A DNA stretch of 64,000 bases from Candidatus Neptunichlamydia sp. (GCA_965233865.1 OZ247587.1:832001-896000); one strand, 5' to 3'. Positions 29,018 to 39,338 are shown, counted from the first letter of the stretch. Notes: a model not told the origin generated them from the letters alone. Numbers and translations: made by a program.

Positions 29018-29763
29018 CGGACGTCAACGTCCTCCATATAAAACATCAACCATTCAATAAAAGAAGAAAAAGCCAAAAACTCTTGTCCCTTGCCTTTTGT
29101 GCGATAATCAGAGATCGTTCCTTCACTCAAAGAACAGAGGACATTCCCCACTCCCCCATCGGGGTACCAATCTTGATAAAAGCACTGATACACATCTAAC
29201 CCGAAAGAGCGATAAAAGGGAAGAAGAGACGCACTTGAGATCGACTGATTCCCTATCGTTAAAGATTGAGCTAAAGACATAAACCTCTCAGCTTCTTTGA
29301 AAAGCACACCAATAGAAAAAATTCCTGTATCTCTCCCCTTAAAAAAACCGTTGTGGATACGAAAAAATTGGCGAAAATCTTGAGGCAAAGAAAAATCGAT
29401 CCTATGCATAACTCCTTCGACTTCCTGGTCTAGAAGAGGAGGCCCACCTAAAAAGAAGGTTCTACTCTCTTTCATACTGTAGGTCAAAAAAATTTTTCCC
29501 TTTGCTGCTACCATTCCAATCTCATCGATCTTCGCAAAAAACCTGTCGACAAACGCATAAAGTTGTGGGGAATAGGGAAGGGCGTTGACCCAATAGTCTC
29601 TAAGAAATTCCAACCGAACAATGGGAGAAAGATGACAAAGCTCATGCCACCCTTTGGTCAATCGAGGGAACTTCTTGTGAGCCTCCTCCCACGTAAGATC
29701 GGGAGCCTCACTTAAGTAAACAGCTTCTTTATTTTCAAAGTACTTAACAATCTGATCTTGCAT
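29014..29763 (-). CDS. SMI1/KNR4-domain protein (chlamydial conserved)
   Basis: LPQDFRQFFRIHNGF and C-terminal LAFSSFIEWL motifs. Confidence 0.7.
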   Translation of the reverse strand: MQDQIVKYFENKEAVYLSEAPDLTWEEAHKKFPRLTKGWHELCHLSPIVRLEFLRDYWVNALPYSPQLYAFVDRFFAKIDEIGMVAAKGKIFLTYSMKESRTFFLGGPPLLDQEVEGVMHRIDFSLPQDFRQFFRIHNGFFKGRDTGIFSIGVLFKEAERFMSLAQSLTIGNQSISSASLLPFYRSFGLDVYQCFYQDWYPDGGVGNVLCSLSEGTISDYRTKGKGQEFLAFSSFIEWLMFYMEDVDVR

Positions 29764-29853
29764 ACACCTGTGCTCTTTTAGCACGACAGTTTAAAAAGGT
29801 TTTACACTTTTTTGCAACGATGATGTACACATATAAATAAGGGGGGTCTCTAT

Positions 29854-31128
29854 ATGATCTATACGCGCGTTGTCGTTATTGGTGGGGGATTTGGTGGGCT
29901 AAACTGCGTTAAAACACTCAGTAAAGCGAACTTTGATGTTCTACTCATCGATAAGAAAAACCACCATTTATTCCAACCACTTCTTTATCAAGTCGCAACA
30001 GCTGCACTGTCTCCAGCAGATATTGCAACACCCCTGAGAGAAGTTGTAGCGACTCAAAACAATACCACTGTATTGATGGGAACCGTTGATAAAATCGATA
30101 AAGAAAAAAGAGAACTCTTCTTTGTCAATGGAGACCACACACCCTATGACTATCTTGTAATTGCAACAGGATCACGCCATTCTTACTTTGGAAACGATCA
30201 GTGGGAACCCTTAGCTCCTGGACTTAAAACCATTACAGATGCCCTCAAAATCCGTGAACGAGTTCTTATTTCCTTTGAAAAAGCAGAACGGATGGATAGC
30301 ATTCACGAAGCAGAAAAATATCTCAACTTTGTTGTCATTGGAGGAGGCCCTACAGGAGTAGAAATGGCAGGATCGATTGCAGAAATCGCTCACAAGACAA
30401 TGTTTAGGAACTTTCGCCGCATCAATCCCGAAAAATCAAAAATCTATCTCGTTGAAGGTGCACCCCGTGTTCTCCCTCCCTTCCCGGAAAAACTCTCGAA
30501 AAGAGCACGTAAAGACCTGGAAAAAATGGGGGTGCGGGTCTTGACAGAACAACTCGTCACAAATATTACCAAAGAAGGAGTCCAAGTAGGCGAAGACTTT
30601 ATCGAAGCCCGTAACATCATTTGGGCTGCTGGAAACGTTGCCTCCCCTGTTCTAAAAACACTTGATGTCCCCTTGGATCGCCAGGGACGCGTAGTAGTCG
30701 AAGCCGACCTTTCAGTTCCAGGAAGCCCTGAAATCTTTGTGATTGGAGACGCTGCCTGCACCATAGGAAAAGATGAAAAACCTCTCCCGGCCGTCGCACC
30801 AACTGCTATCCAGCAAGGACGTTATGTTGGAAAAATTATCCGACGTCAAGTCGCCAAGGAAAAAAGACGCCCCTTTAAGTATTTTAATAAAGGAGGCCTC
30901 GCCACCATCGGGAAAAATAGAGCCGTTGGATTTTACAAAGGGATCCACTTAACAGGACTCTTTGCCTGGCTGGCTTGGGGATTCATTCACATTTTCTACT
31001 TAGTCAGTTACCGCAGTCAATTTGCTGTTATGCTAGACTGGGTATTTCACTATATGACAGGGCTTCGTGGAGCACGATTAATTCATAAAACAATCGACGA
31101 TGAAATGCAACCACCAAAAGGTAAATGA
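29854..31128 (+). CDS. ndh: Type II NADH dehydrogenase (NAD(P)/FAD oxidoreductase)
   Basis: GGGFGG, HLFQPLLYQVAT, GGGPTGVEMAG, IWAAG, IGD. Confidence 0.93.
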   Translation: MIYTRVVVIGGGFGGLNCVKTLSKANFDVLLIDKKNHHLFQPLLYQVATAALSPADIATPLREVVATQNNTTVLMGTVDKIDKEKRELFFVNGDHTPYDYLVIATGSRHSYFGNDQWEPLAPGLKTITDALKIRERVLISFEKAERMDSIHEAEKYLNFVVIGGGPTGVEMAGSIAEIAHKTMFRNFRRINPEKSKIYLVEGAPRVLPPFPEKLSKRARKDLEKMGVRVLTEQLVTNITKEGVQVGEDFIEARNIIWAAGNVASPVLKTLDVPLDRQGRVVVEADLSVPGSPEIFVIGDAACTIGKDEKPLPAVAPTAIQQGRYVGKIIRRQVAKEKRRPFKYFNKGGLATIGKNRAVGFYKGIHLTGLFAWLAWGFIHIFYLVSYRSQFAVMLDWVFHYMTGLRGARLIHKTIDDEMQPPKGK

Positions 31129-31135
31129 ACGACAA

Positions 31136-31305
31136 TATAGCTAAAATATTTCGTTTTAGTTATATTTTTTTGAATGACGTATTCATTAGATTTTAGAAAA
31201 AAGGTACTGTTGATCCGATGCACAGAAAATTTAAGTTTTGCTAAGACAGCAAAACGTTTTGGTGTAAGTGTAAATAGCATATTTCTTTGGTCTAAGAGGC
31301 TAGAG
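31136..31305 (+). mobile_element. IS630-family left end plus truncated transposase HTH
   Basis: TATAGCTAAA... end, then ATG 31174 MTYSLDFRKKVL...AKRFGVSVNSIFLW. Confidence 0.75.
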
Positions 31306-31475
31306 GGTTCTGTTGCAAAAAATGTTTGCTAAGATATGAGTTGCTTATTTCCTTTATTCTTCAGGTTTATGCAGCTAACCCTTGAGCCTTAAACAAGACT
31401 TTCAATAAATATATTTACATCATATGCATTGCTTCAATCCCTTCAATGGTATTCCTTGCTGATGCAAATTCCTTA
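31306..31475 (-). mobile_element. IS6-family right-end remnant
   Basis: IR GGTTCTGTTGCAAA at 31306. The minus strand encodes KEFASARNTIEGIEAMHMM...GLAA*, the IS6 transposase C-terminus. Confidence 0.75.
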
Positions 31476-31572
31476 TATAGCTAAAGTGACTTAAATTAGT
31501 TATTGTCAGTACTCCCTGAAAATCCTATCTATTCTATAGATGGTATAACTAAAACAACTCACTTTAGCTATA
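31476..31572. mobile_element. IS630-derived MITE (97 bp including flanking TA)
   Basis: TATAGCTAAAGTGA...TCACTTTAGCTATA terminal inverted repeats, related to the IS630 end at 31136; no ORF. Confidence 0.75.
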
Positions 31573-32148
31573 CGATGGAGTTACGGATCAACTAAGCATT
31601 GTTTCGAGCATAACGGGCGTTATTTCTGAAAAAATCAATAACGCATCAGAGTACCTCAGTAATATTAATCCTTTTGAAAGAGATCCTAGAGAAACATTCC
31701 GAGAAATCGTTGCTAAAGGACATGAAAAAATTGATGAGGTTTTTGGCACAGAACATGCTAATATCTATTCTGAAGAGGCAAAAGAAACTAGATATAAGCT
31801 TACCACTGGAATGCTACCTCCTCTTGGTGGTTTTAGTAACATAGCGAAGAATGGAAAGCTTTTAAGTAAGGCATACATAACCGCAAAGAATGGTAGTAAG
31901 AATGCAGGTTTAATAAAGGAATATGCAGGGAGATCTGCGAAAGAGTTAAAAAAAGTATCAGCAGTTTCGAAAAACAAATTGCTAAACATCAAGACAAGAT
32001 TGCAAACCCTTCGAAACATTGCCCTAATTGGAATAACTTTCATACTAATAGGCAGAAAGCATTACTAGAAAAATTATGGCCTGAGAAAATCCAAAAGTTC
32101 CAAGGGCAAAAAGAAATTATGGAGGGGATTTTATGTCAAATGGAGTAA
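31571..32148 (+). pseudogene. 5'-truncated, frameshifted polymorphic-toxin-like C-terminal region
   Basis: Open frame from the MITE edge (...GHEKIDEVFGTEHA...GMLPPLGG...). A -1 shift in A7 at 31948-31954 gives KSISSFEKQIAKHQDKIANPSKHCPNWNNF...KLWPEKIQKFQGQKEIMEGIL*. Confidence 0.6.
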
Positions 32149-32151
32149 GAA

Positions 32152-32394
32152 ATGATGAGAAAAGATAGCCTACATAATTATGTTAACGAAATTACATCCA
32201 TTCTTAAAGAAAGAGCTAAAAAAGCAAAGGAAGACGCAGATCATCCAGAAGAAAGAAATGAAGATTTTAATGACGGATTTCTTATGGCTTATCACCAAAT
32301 GATCACAACAATGAAAAACCAAGCTCCAGTCTTCCATATTGATGAAAAAGACATTGGTCTAGAAGACATAGAACCGGAAAGAGACCTACTTTGA
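32152..32394 (+). CDS. Small acidic putative immunity protein
   Basis: 80 aa starting 3 nt after the toxin-frame stop; LKERAKKAK...DFNDGFLMAYHQMI..MKNQA..F.ID..DIGL.DI.PERDLL. Confidence 0.65.
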   Translation: MMRKDSLHNYVNEITSILKERAKKAKEDADHPEERNEDFNDGFLMAYHQMITTMKNQAPVFHIDEKDIGLEDIEPERDLL

Positions 32395-32535
32395 TCTAAA
32401 ACACCATCAACAACTGCCCATTTCCGCTATTGTCTTCTCTTATGAATAAATCCTGTTGAGCGCCGAAGCTTGACTCTAAAGACCGCTCTAATAATTGTTG
32501 CATTTCTTTATCTGTTAACATCTCCCAAAGCATAT

Positions 32536-33575
32536 TGATCTTCCCCCGAAAAATAGGACAGTTATGATATAGATTTCTCGAACTTAAAGAGGAGTAAAAG
32601 CAAATGATGAATTTAAAGGGAATGCGGTCAAGTTAGTGAGAGAAGAGGTAGCAAGTGATCTGGGTATAGGTGTTTCCACGCTAAAAGTATGGCTCAGTAA
32701 GCATGACCGTGGCCGATTGATTAAGATTGAGAAGCAGGCAAGGGAAGAAGAAGAGATTAAGCGGTTGAAAAAAGAAAATAGGATCTTAAAGCAGGAAAGA
32801 GAAATCTTAAAAAAGGCCATGGGCATTTTCTCCTCGATGTCAAAAGGAAAAAGAGTTCAAGAAGAAGAGAAGCTTACCGAAGAAGTAGAACAGATTTTTT
32901 ATGAGCACAAAAAACGATATGGAAGCCCAAGAATTTTTATGGAACTGAAGGAAAAAGGGGTGCACTGTAGTGAAAAGAGATTTGCTAACATTATGAAGAA
33001 GAACAATTTAGTTGCAAAACAAAGAAAGAAAAGGAAAGAAGTTAGTAGTAAAAGAGAAGAAGCCGAACTTACTTAACCAGAATTTTACGGCAGAGAAAAA
33101 GAATGCTAAATGGGTCAGCGATATTACCTATATAAGGACAGGCAAAGGGTGGGCATATTTATGTACAGTCATAGATCTTTATTCTAGGAAAATCGTTGGG
33201 CATTCCATCAAAAAGCATATGAGAAAAAAACTGCTCATACAAGCTTTAGAGCAGGCAGTCTCAAGAAGAGGAGCTGTAGAAGGGATAATATTTCATAGCG
33301 ATCAAGGATCACAATACGGCTCTGAAGCAATAGATAAAAGTCTAAAGAAAAACAACATGATTGGAAGCATGAGTGGAAAAGGAAGTTGCTATGACAATGC
33401 CCCAATGGAAAGTTTTTTCAATTCTCTTAAGAGAGAATGCGTAGGAGCTGTTGAAAAGGAAATATTTAACTATATAGAATGCTACTATAACAATAAGAAA
33501 AGGCATTCAACATTGGGATATTTGAGCCCGGTGAAATTTGAAGAAAAAAGTGTCTATAAAAACGGGGGAAGATCA
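32536..33575 (+). mobile_element. IS3-family insertion sequence, eroded copy 2 (1040 bp)
   Basis: Same IRs as 17866-19092 and near-identical sequence, with five internal deletions (13, 18, 110, 24, 22 bp). Confidence 0.95.
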
Positions 33576-33665
33576 TCTTGCAAAAAATCAATTCCATCTT
33601 GTAAACCATTATATTGTAATGACCTATTTTCTCTATCAGAAACTGACAAACCAATACTACTGGCG

Positions 33666-34913
33666 ATGCCAAAAAGACTAACCCCTGCTTTCACTGCCGC
33701 GCTTGTTCTTCTAAGCCTCATGATCATTGCCTTTTTTTTGGGCCTGTATCCCTCAGGACAAAAAGAAAGTGGACGCTTTAAAATTCAAGAAGTGAAAAAA
33801 AATGTCAGCCCTATCCAAACCACCATTGCCTACATCGGAACGTTAGACTCTCTTCCCTGCCGCATCTACCTTCGAAAGAGTGACAACCGCCCCCTTGCTA
33901 ACAAAGACTATTTTTTTTCAAAAGGGACCCTTCGCGAGCGAGTGAAAGGGCACTATATTTTCAAACCAGAGTCCCCATGGGAACCGATTGAAAAAACCTG
34001 GAGCCTTGCTGAATGGCGCTTTCAGATAAAAGAGAAAGTCAAGAAACAGATCCATACCCGTTTTAAAAACCCCAAAGTTGCAGTGCTCCTTTCGGGCCTT
34101 GCCACGGGAAACCTTGAAAACCCCTATCTTTCTTACCACTTTGGATCCGTTGGGCTGGCTCACTTGCTCGCCATTTCAGGATTCCATTTTGCCCTACTTA
34201 CTTTCTTTCTCTCCTCTATCCTCAAACGGATTTTTTCCGAAAAACTCCTAGCCTTAATCCTCATTCTCCTTTTAGGAACCTACTTTTTTTATATGGGTGG
34301 GGGGCCATCAATTAGCCGAGCATGGATCGGTGTGTTGCTTTACCTTGTCGGAATCCTATTCGGATACCGTACAACTCCGCTCAACGCCCTTGGTGTAGCC
34401 CTTCTATTTGCTCTGATTTCTAATCCGTTTGTGATCACAAACGTGGGGTTTCAACTCAGCTTCAGTGCAACCCTCGGCATCATTCTTTTTTACCGCAGAT
34501 TGGAAGAACAGCTGACTGTGCTTCTACCAAAGCGCCCCTATCATGTGATTACTGAAACGTCCACACTCGATCAATGCGGCTACATTCTTTGCGCCTATCT
34601 CCGCAAAGGACTTGCCCTCCAAGGGAGCGTTCTAGCCTTTACCCTTCCCCTGATCCTCTTTCATTTTGAGACATTCCCCCTAATTTCTCTTTTTTATAAC
34701 CTCTTCGTCCCCTTCCTCTTTGCCGCTTTGCTTGCTCTTTTTCTGCTCCATGCAGACATGCTTGCATCTCCAATCGCTTCCTTTTTGGTCACACTCATTG
34801 AGGGAGCACCCCGAAAGCTTCTCTTCAAGATCAACATCGTGCAAGCACTGTTTCTTAGCAGCGCTATTTTAGGCTTTGTATATTGGAAATCTTTTCGAAA
34901 ATGCAAAAAGTAA
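33666..34913 (+). CDS. comEC: ComEC/Rec2 competence-family membrane protein
   Basis: GLAHLLAISGFHF, PSISRA, GFQLSFSAT; native start MPKRL at 33666. Confidence 0.88.
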   Translation: MPKRLTPAFTAALVLLSLMIIAFFLGLYPSGQKESGRFKIQEVKKNVSPIQTTIAYIGTLDSLPCRIYLRKSDNRPLANKDYFFSKGTLRERVKGHYIFKPESPWEPIEKTWSLAEWRFQIKEKVKKQIHTRFKNPKVAVLLSGLATGNLENPYLSYHFGSVGLAHLLAISGFHFALLTFFLSSILKRIFSEKLLALILILLLGTYFFYMGGGPSISRAWIGVLLYLVGILFGYRTTPLNALGVALLFALISNPFVITNVGFQLSFSATLGIILFYRRLEEQLTVLLPKRPYHVITETSTLDQCGYILCAYLRKGLALQGSVLAFTLPLILFHFETFPLISLFYNLFVPFLFAALLALFLLHADMLASPIASFLVTLIEGAPRKLLFKINIVQALFLSSAILGFVYWKSFRKCKK

Positions 34914-35237
34914 AGCTGCAAGATTGGCTCCAATTATTAGAGAAGCTAACCTTCCAGTTGATTTTTAAGAATTCTACTCCTAACACCGCCCTCCAATCAA
35001 TTTTTTAATCAATTTAATTGACTAGATTAGCTGTCTGCTCTTTACAAGAAAAAAATCCGTCGATTAACATCGAAAAATTTACACTTAAATTATTGATTAT
35101 GTGATATTTAAAAATCAAATTCACGTTGAATATTATTTATTACCTTTGCCGATCTCTGAACGAAAAATATTTTTTGAATGTTCCTGAGGGATTGACCTAA
35201 AATCTCTCAATCAGTAAAAATGCTTAGTTCACGCGAT

Positions 35238-35311
35238 GGCGGTCGTAGCTCAGTTGGTAGAGCACTTGATTGTGATTCAAGACGTCGCGGGTTCAAGTCC
35301 CGTCGATCGCC
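35238..35311 (+). tRNA. tRNA-His (GTG)
   Basis: G-1 plus GCGGTCG/CGATCGC stem, CTTGA-TTGTGAT-TCAAG anticodon arm, GGTTCAAGTCC. Confidence 0.95.
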
Positions 35312-35703
35312 CTCTTTTTAGGTAACCACTCTCCCTATTTAATATGTTCCTTTCTACTATGGGACCCTTGACCGAAATGACTTCGGTAATATAGGGCTAT
35401 TGTTAGAAAAACTATCTAACTAATCCTTGTCCCTAAGAATAAATCGAATCCTTTGAAAGAATTTTAAAGAGTTTTTCGACAATAGAATCCTAAAAAATTT
35501 GCCTTTGAGATTGCGGAAATTTTTGTTAGACTAAGGGATATGCACCTACCCCATTATTATAAACAACACCCTTTTGGGCTTTTGCCCACAGAATTTGGTT
35601 CCTTTTTTTACCATAATTTACTAAGTATGGCGTACAAAGAGGAATCAAATTTTGAAAAAAAATACCTCAAAATTCTGACATTTGTAATAGATGGGATAGG
35701 TTC

Positions 35704-37950
35704 ATGAACAATAAGAAACAAACACATCCAGAGATTAAAGGTCTCCTAACATTAATTGGGAGCATTCTTTTGGGTCTTTGTTTTCTTAGCTTCGTGCACG
35801 GATCGCCGCAAGCAAATTGGCTAGGAATGATTGGTTACGGCCTTGGCCTTGGTCTGATGTGGTCCCTCGGAATTTCTGCGTATTTAGTAGTGGCCTATCT
35901 TGGCTGGATTGGTTGGAAGATGCTAATGGGGGGAACCCCTAGGCTCCTTCGAATGAAAACAGTATATTTTGGGATTGGGATTCTCTCTTTGTCGATGCTC
36001 CTCAACTTACTTGCCGAAAATGGGGGTCTTTCAAGTGGTTTTATTCAGGAAAAACTCTACTCTGAAATCTATTTAAGCAGTTATCCATTCCCTCACAAAG
36101 TGGTTCGCTTCAACTTGGGCGGGGTTCCCCTTTACTACTTGCTAAGAGATGTTCCGACATTCAATTTGCAGCGCTTGCTTAGCAACGTTGGAGTGTTCAT
36201 TACCTTCTCTCTGACAGGAATGATGGCGCTTATTCTTTTTACCAACACACGTGTCATTCCTCTTACAAAGAATCTTTGGTCTTTGATAAAGATCGCAGGA
36301 AATTTTTTGAAGAAGGTAGCAGCAGACTTTAAACCCACTCGAGTGAAAAAACAGCACAGAATCATCGCTCCACCTCCCTTGCAGACTGTTAAGTCTCCAT
36401 CTTATGAAGAAGAAGACGAAGAAATTTCCGACTTAAAAATCTCAACACATTTAGAAAAAAGACCCACACCTGGTCGTGTGAAAAAAAACATGGATACGAA
36501 AACGTATGTGGGAGCTTTCAAAAGATTTCGCCTTCCCCCACTTAATCTGCTGACCAATGCGAAAAAACTCGATAAGCCGACACTAAAAAAAGATCTCGAA
36601 AAGCAGGCAAGGGTCCTTGAAGAAACGCTTCTAAGTTTTGGAGTGGAAGGAAAAGTTGGAGAGATTAATTGCGGCCCTACAATTACCTCATTTGAAATCC
36701 ACCCACCTGTTGGGGTCAAGGTTCAGAAAATTAAAGTTCTTGAAAACGATATTGCTCTCAATTTGCAAGCCAAATCGATTCGGATTATTGCCCCGATTCC
36801 TGGAAAGGCCGCTGTTGGTGTGGAAGTTCCCTCCCTTTACCCGCAAGAAGTCGGTTTCAAGGAAATGCTCGGTGAATATCAGAAGGGAAATAAAAAGCTC
36901 CATATCCCCCTAATGATGGGGCAGACGGTTACGGGGGAAAATGTCATTTCTGATCTCACCAAGATGCCTCATTGCATCATTGCCGGAGCAACAGGATCAG
37001 GAAAGTCTGTTTGCATTAACAGTATTGTGATGTCGATTCTCATGACAGCTCGCCCTGATGAAGTAAAGCTCCTTCTTGTCGATCCTAAGAAAGTCGAGCT
37101 TAGTTCCTATGCAAACCTCCCTCATATGATTGCGCCAGTGATCACAGAAGCACATGGTGCATATGCAGCATTAAATTGGCTTGTAAAAGAAATGGGCTAC
37201 CGCTATGAAATGCTTAAACGGCTAAAACTGCGCAATATACATGCTTTTAACAATCGAAGGGTAAACCCTGAAAGGGAAGCAGAACTGGAGATAGAAATCC
37301 CCCGCAAAATGCCCTACATTGTTGCAATTATCGATGAGTTTGCCGATCTAATGATGGCTTCTAGTGCTGATCTAGAAACACCCATTGCGCGCATTGCACA
37401 GATGGCGCGAGCCGTTGGAATTCATCTTATTTTAGCCACACAACGTCCTTCACGTGAAGTAATTACAGGTCTGATTAAAGCCAACTTTCCTAGCCGTATT
37501 TCTTTCAAAGTAGCGAGTCGGGTCAATAGCCAGATTATCCTCGATGAAAATGGAGCCGAAAGTCTTCTTGGGAATGGAGACCTTCTCTTCCTTCCGCCCG
37601 GCTCTCATGTCCTCACCCGAGCCCAGGGCGTTTTTATCCGTGATGAAGATATCAACCGAGTGATTGACTGTATCGAATGCCAAGCAGGACCAAATTATCT
37701 TATCAAATCATTTGACCAAATGGCAGAGACAGAGCTCGCTTCTGAAGGCGCGGGATCAGGAAAGGATGACCTTTATTCTCAAGCCCATCAAATCATCACC
37801 GAAACGGGAACCGCCTCAACCACTTTCCTTCAAAGGAAGCTCAAGATCGGTTACGCCCGCGCAGCTTCACTCATGGACGAGCTCGAGTCCAACGGAGTGA
37901 TTGGTTCCCAAGACGGCAGCCGCCGTAGGGTTTTACTTAAAAAAGACTAG
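35704..37950 (+). CDS. ftsK: DNA translocase FtsK
   Basis: N-terminal TMs, GATGSGKS, DPKKVEL, IIDEFADL, LATQRPS, gamma domain LQRKLKIGYARAA. Confidence 0.97.
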   Translation: MNNKKQTHPEIKGLLTLIGSILLGLCFLSFVHGSPQANWLGMIGYGLGLGLMWSLGISAYLVVAYLGWIGWKMLMGGTPRLLRMKTVYFGIGILSLSMLLNLLAENGGLSSGFIQEKLYSEIYLSSYPFPHKVVRFNLGGVPLYYLLRDVPTFNLQRLLSNVGVFITFSLTGMMALILFTNTRVIPLTKNLWSLIKIAGNFLKKVAADFKPTRVKKQHRIIAPPPLQTVKSPSYEEEDEEISDLKISTHLEKRPTPGRVKKNMDTKTYVGAFKRFRLPPLNLLTNAKKLDKPTLKKDLEKQARVLEETLLSFGVEGKVGEINCGPTITSFEIHPPVGVKVQKIKVLENDIALNLQAKSIRIIAPIPGKAAVGVEVPSLYPQEVGFKEMLGEYQKGNKKLHIPLMMGQTVTGENVISDLTKMPHCIIAGATGSGKSVCINSIVMSILMTARPDEVKLLLVDPKKVELSSYANLPHMIAPVITEAHGAYAALNWLVKEMGYRYEMLKRLKLRNIHAFNNRRVNPEREAELEIEIPRKMPYIVAIIDEFADLMMASSADLETPIARIAQMARAVGIHLILATQRPSREVITGLIKANFPSRISFKVASRVNSQIILDENGAESLLGNGDLLFLPPGSHVLTRAQGVFIRDEDINRVIDCIECQAGPNYLIKSFDQMAETELASEGAGSGKDDLYSQAHQIITETGTASTTFLQRKLKIGYARAASLMDELESNGVIGSQDGSRRRVLLKKD

Positions 37951-38176
37951 CCCTAAAAATTTGCTCAAGTAATATACAATTTAGGAAGCGGTGTATTCCC
38001 CTATGGGCAATAAGCGAAAAATTCTTATTGCATGTACCTCTAATGCGTTTTCTGTTAATTCCTTAACATTGAAAGAAAGAACTTCAAATTTGTAACAGCA
38101 AAAATGAGGCCTGCTACTATGAAGAACCTCCAAGAATGTGGCCTCAATATCAAGATGGACATTGCCTACGATGGCC

Positions 38177-38944
38177 TTATGATTCCGTTATAATTTGACT
38201 AACTTTTTCTTGATAAGCGATCGAAATAGAAATTTCCCGCTCTGCCCGTTCTTTCACCCGCTTTATCGCAAGTTCAGGATTGTTACATTCAGCTGAAAGA
38301 TGAGCCAAATAGACATGCTTTAATCCCTCATGATCGATCTCTTTCACAAGATCTGCACATGCATCATTTGATAGATGTCCTTGCCGCCCAAGCACCCTTT
38401 GTTTGTAAATCATCGGCCGGTTGCACGCATAAACCATCGACGGCTCATGATTCGCCTCAATATAGAGATAATTACACTCTAAAAGATGAGCCCGCACAAG
38501 AGTTGTGACAAATCCAAGATCCGCGCATATACCAATCTTTATCTCCCCAAAACGAATCGTAAAGGCGACAGGATCAAGCGTGTCATGCTGCACGCTAAAG
38601 GGGTGAATTTCCATCTCTCCATACTCAAACGTTTCTCCAGTTGAAAAGATCTTAAAGCGCGGACGCTCCTTCATTTCCCCAATTGCAGCCTTTGCCGTTT
38701 CGCTATTCGCAAAAACTGGAACGCCTAACTTATTTGCCGTCTTTTCAAGGCCCCGAATATGATCCCCATGTTCATGGGTGACAAGGATCGCATCAATTTC
38801 TCCTATATCGACATCGATCTCCCCCAGCTTTTCACTAAGAGCTTTAAAACTAATTCCCGCATCAATTAAGAGTTTCGTCTCCCTTGTGCCAATATAAATG
38901 GCATTCCCTTTTGAACCCGATGCTAATGGACAAAACTTAAACAT
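38177..38944 (-). CDS. MBL-fold metallohydrolase, YycJ/WalJ-like
   Basis: LASGSKGN, THEHGDH, EANH, GHLSN, LAHLS. Confidence 0.9.
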   Translation of the reverse strand: MFKFCPLASGSKGNAIYIGTRETKLLIDAGISFKALSEKLGEIDVDIGEIDAILVTHEHGDHIRGLEKTANKLGVPVFANSETAKAAIGEMKERPRFKIFSTGETFEYGEMEIHPFSVQHDTLDPVAFTIRFGEIKIGICADLGFVTTLVRAHLLECNYLYIEANHEPSMVYACNRPMIYKQRVLGRQGHLSNDACADLVKEIDHEGLKHVYLAHLSAECNNPELAIKRVKERAEREISISIAYQEKVSQIITES

Positions 38945-39074
38945 AATACAAGGGGTTTACCAGGAAATGAAAATTCTTTCTACAAAAAAATCAATCTCTT
39001 ACACATATATTATTAAACCAATGTTGACATTTTTAATTCATAATAATTATACAAAGAAACTAACAAGGATTTTT

Positions 39075-39338
39075 ATGAATCGGCAAGAAATACTAAATGA
39101 AATCGATGCAACATTAGATCAACTGATCAAAAATGCCGCAGCACTCAAAGAGGTCGCAGATGATACCCACCTTTTTGCCGCTCTTCACAAAACTCAAGAA
39201 AGTCTCCTGGCTCATCTCATCCATCTTGATGATTTTCTCGACAATCCATCCAAAGCCCAGAATAAAAAACGGGAGCTTCTTACAGAGCTCTCTAAAAAGC
39301 CCACAACTCGCCGCAAACGCGCCAAACAAACCACTTAA
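39075..39338 (+). CDS. Small conserved hypothetical protein
   Basis: AAGGA SD, then MNRQEILNEIDATLDQLIKNA...KTQESLLAHL with a basic tail. Confidence 0.7.
   Translation: MNRQEILNEIDATLDQLIKNAAALKEVADDTHLFAALHKTQESLLAHLIHLDDFLDNPSKAQNKKRELLTELSKKPTTRRKRAKQTT

Noticed and set aside
29014..29763. SMI1/KNR4 protein as immunity partner of the toxin fragment
   Set aside because: It overlaps hprK in the PTS operon and is separated from the toxin by ndh; it looks like a core chlamydial gene.
32395..32535. 45-codon minus-strand ORF (MLWEMLTDKEMQQ...) next to IS3 copy 2
   Set aside because: Too short, abuts the IS and has no recognisable motif; possibly a fragment, but unsupported.
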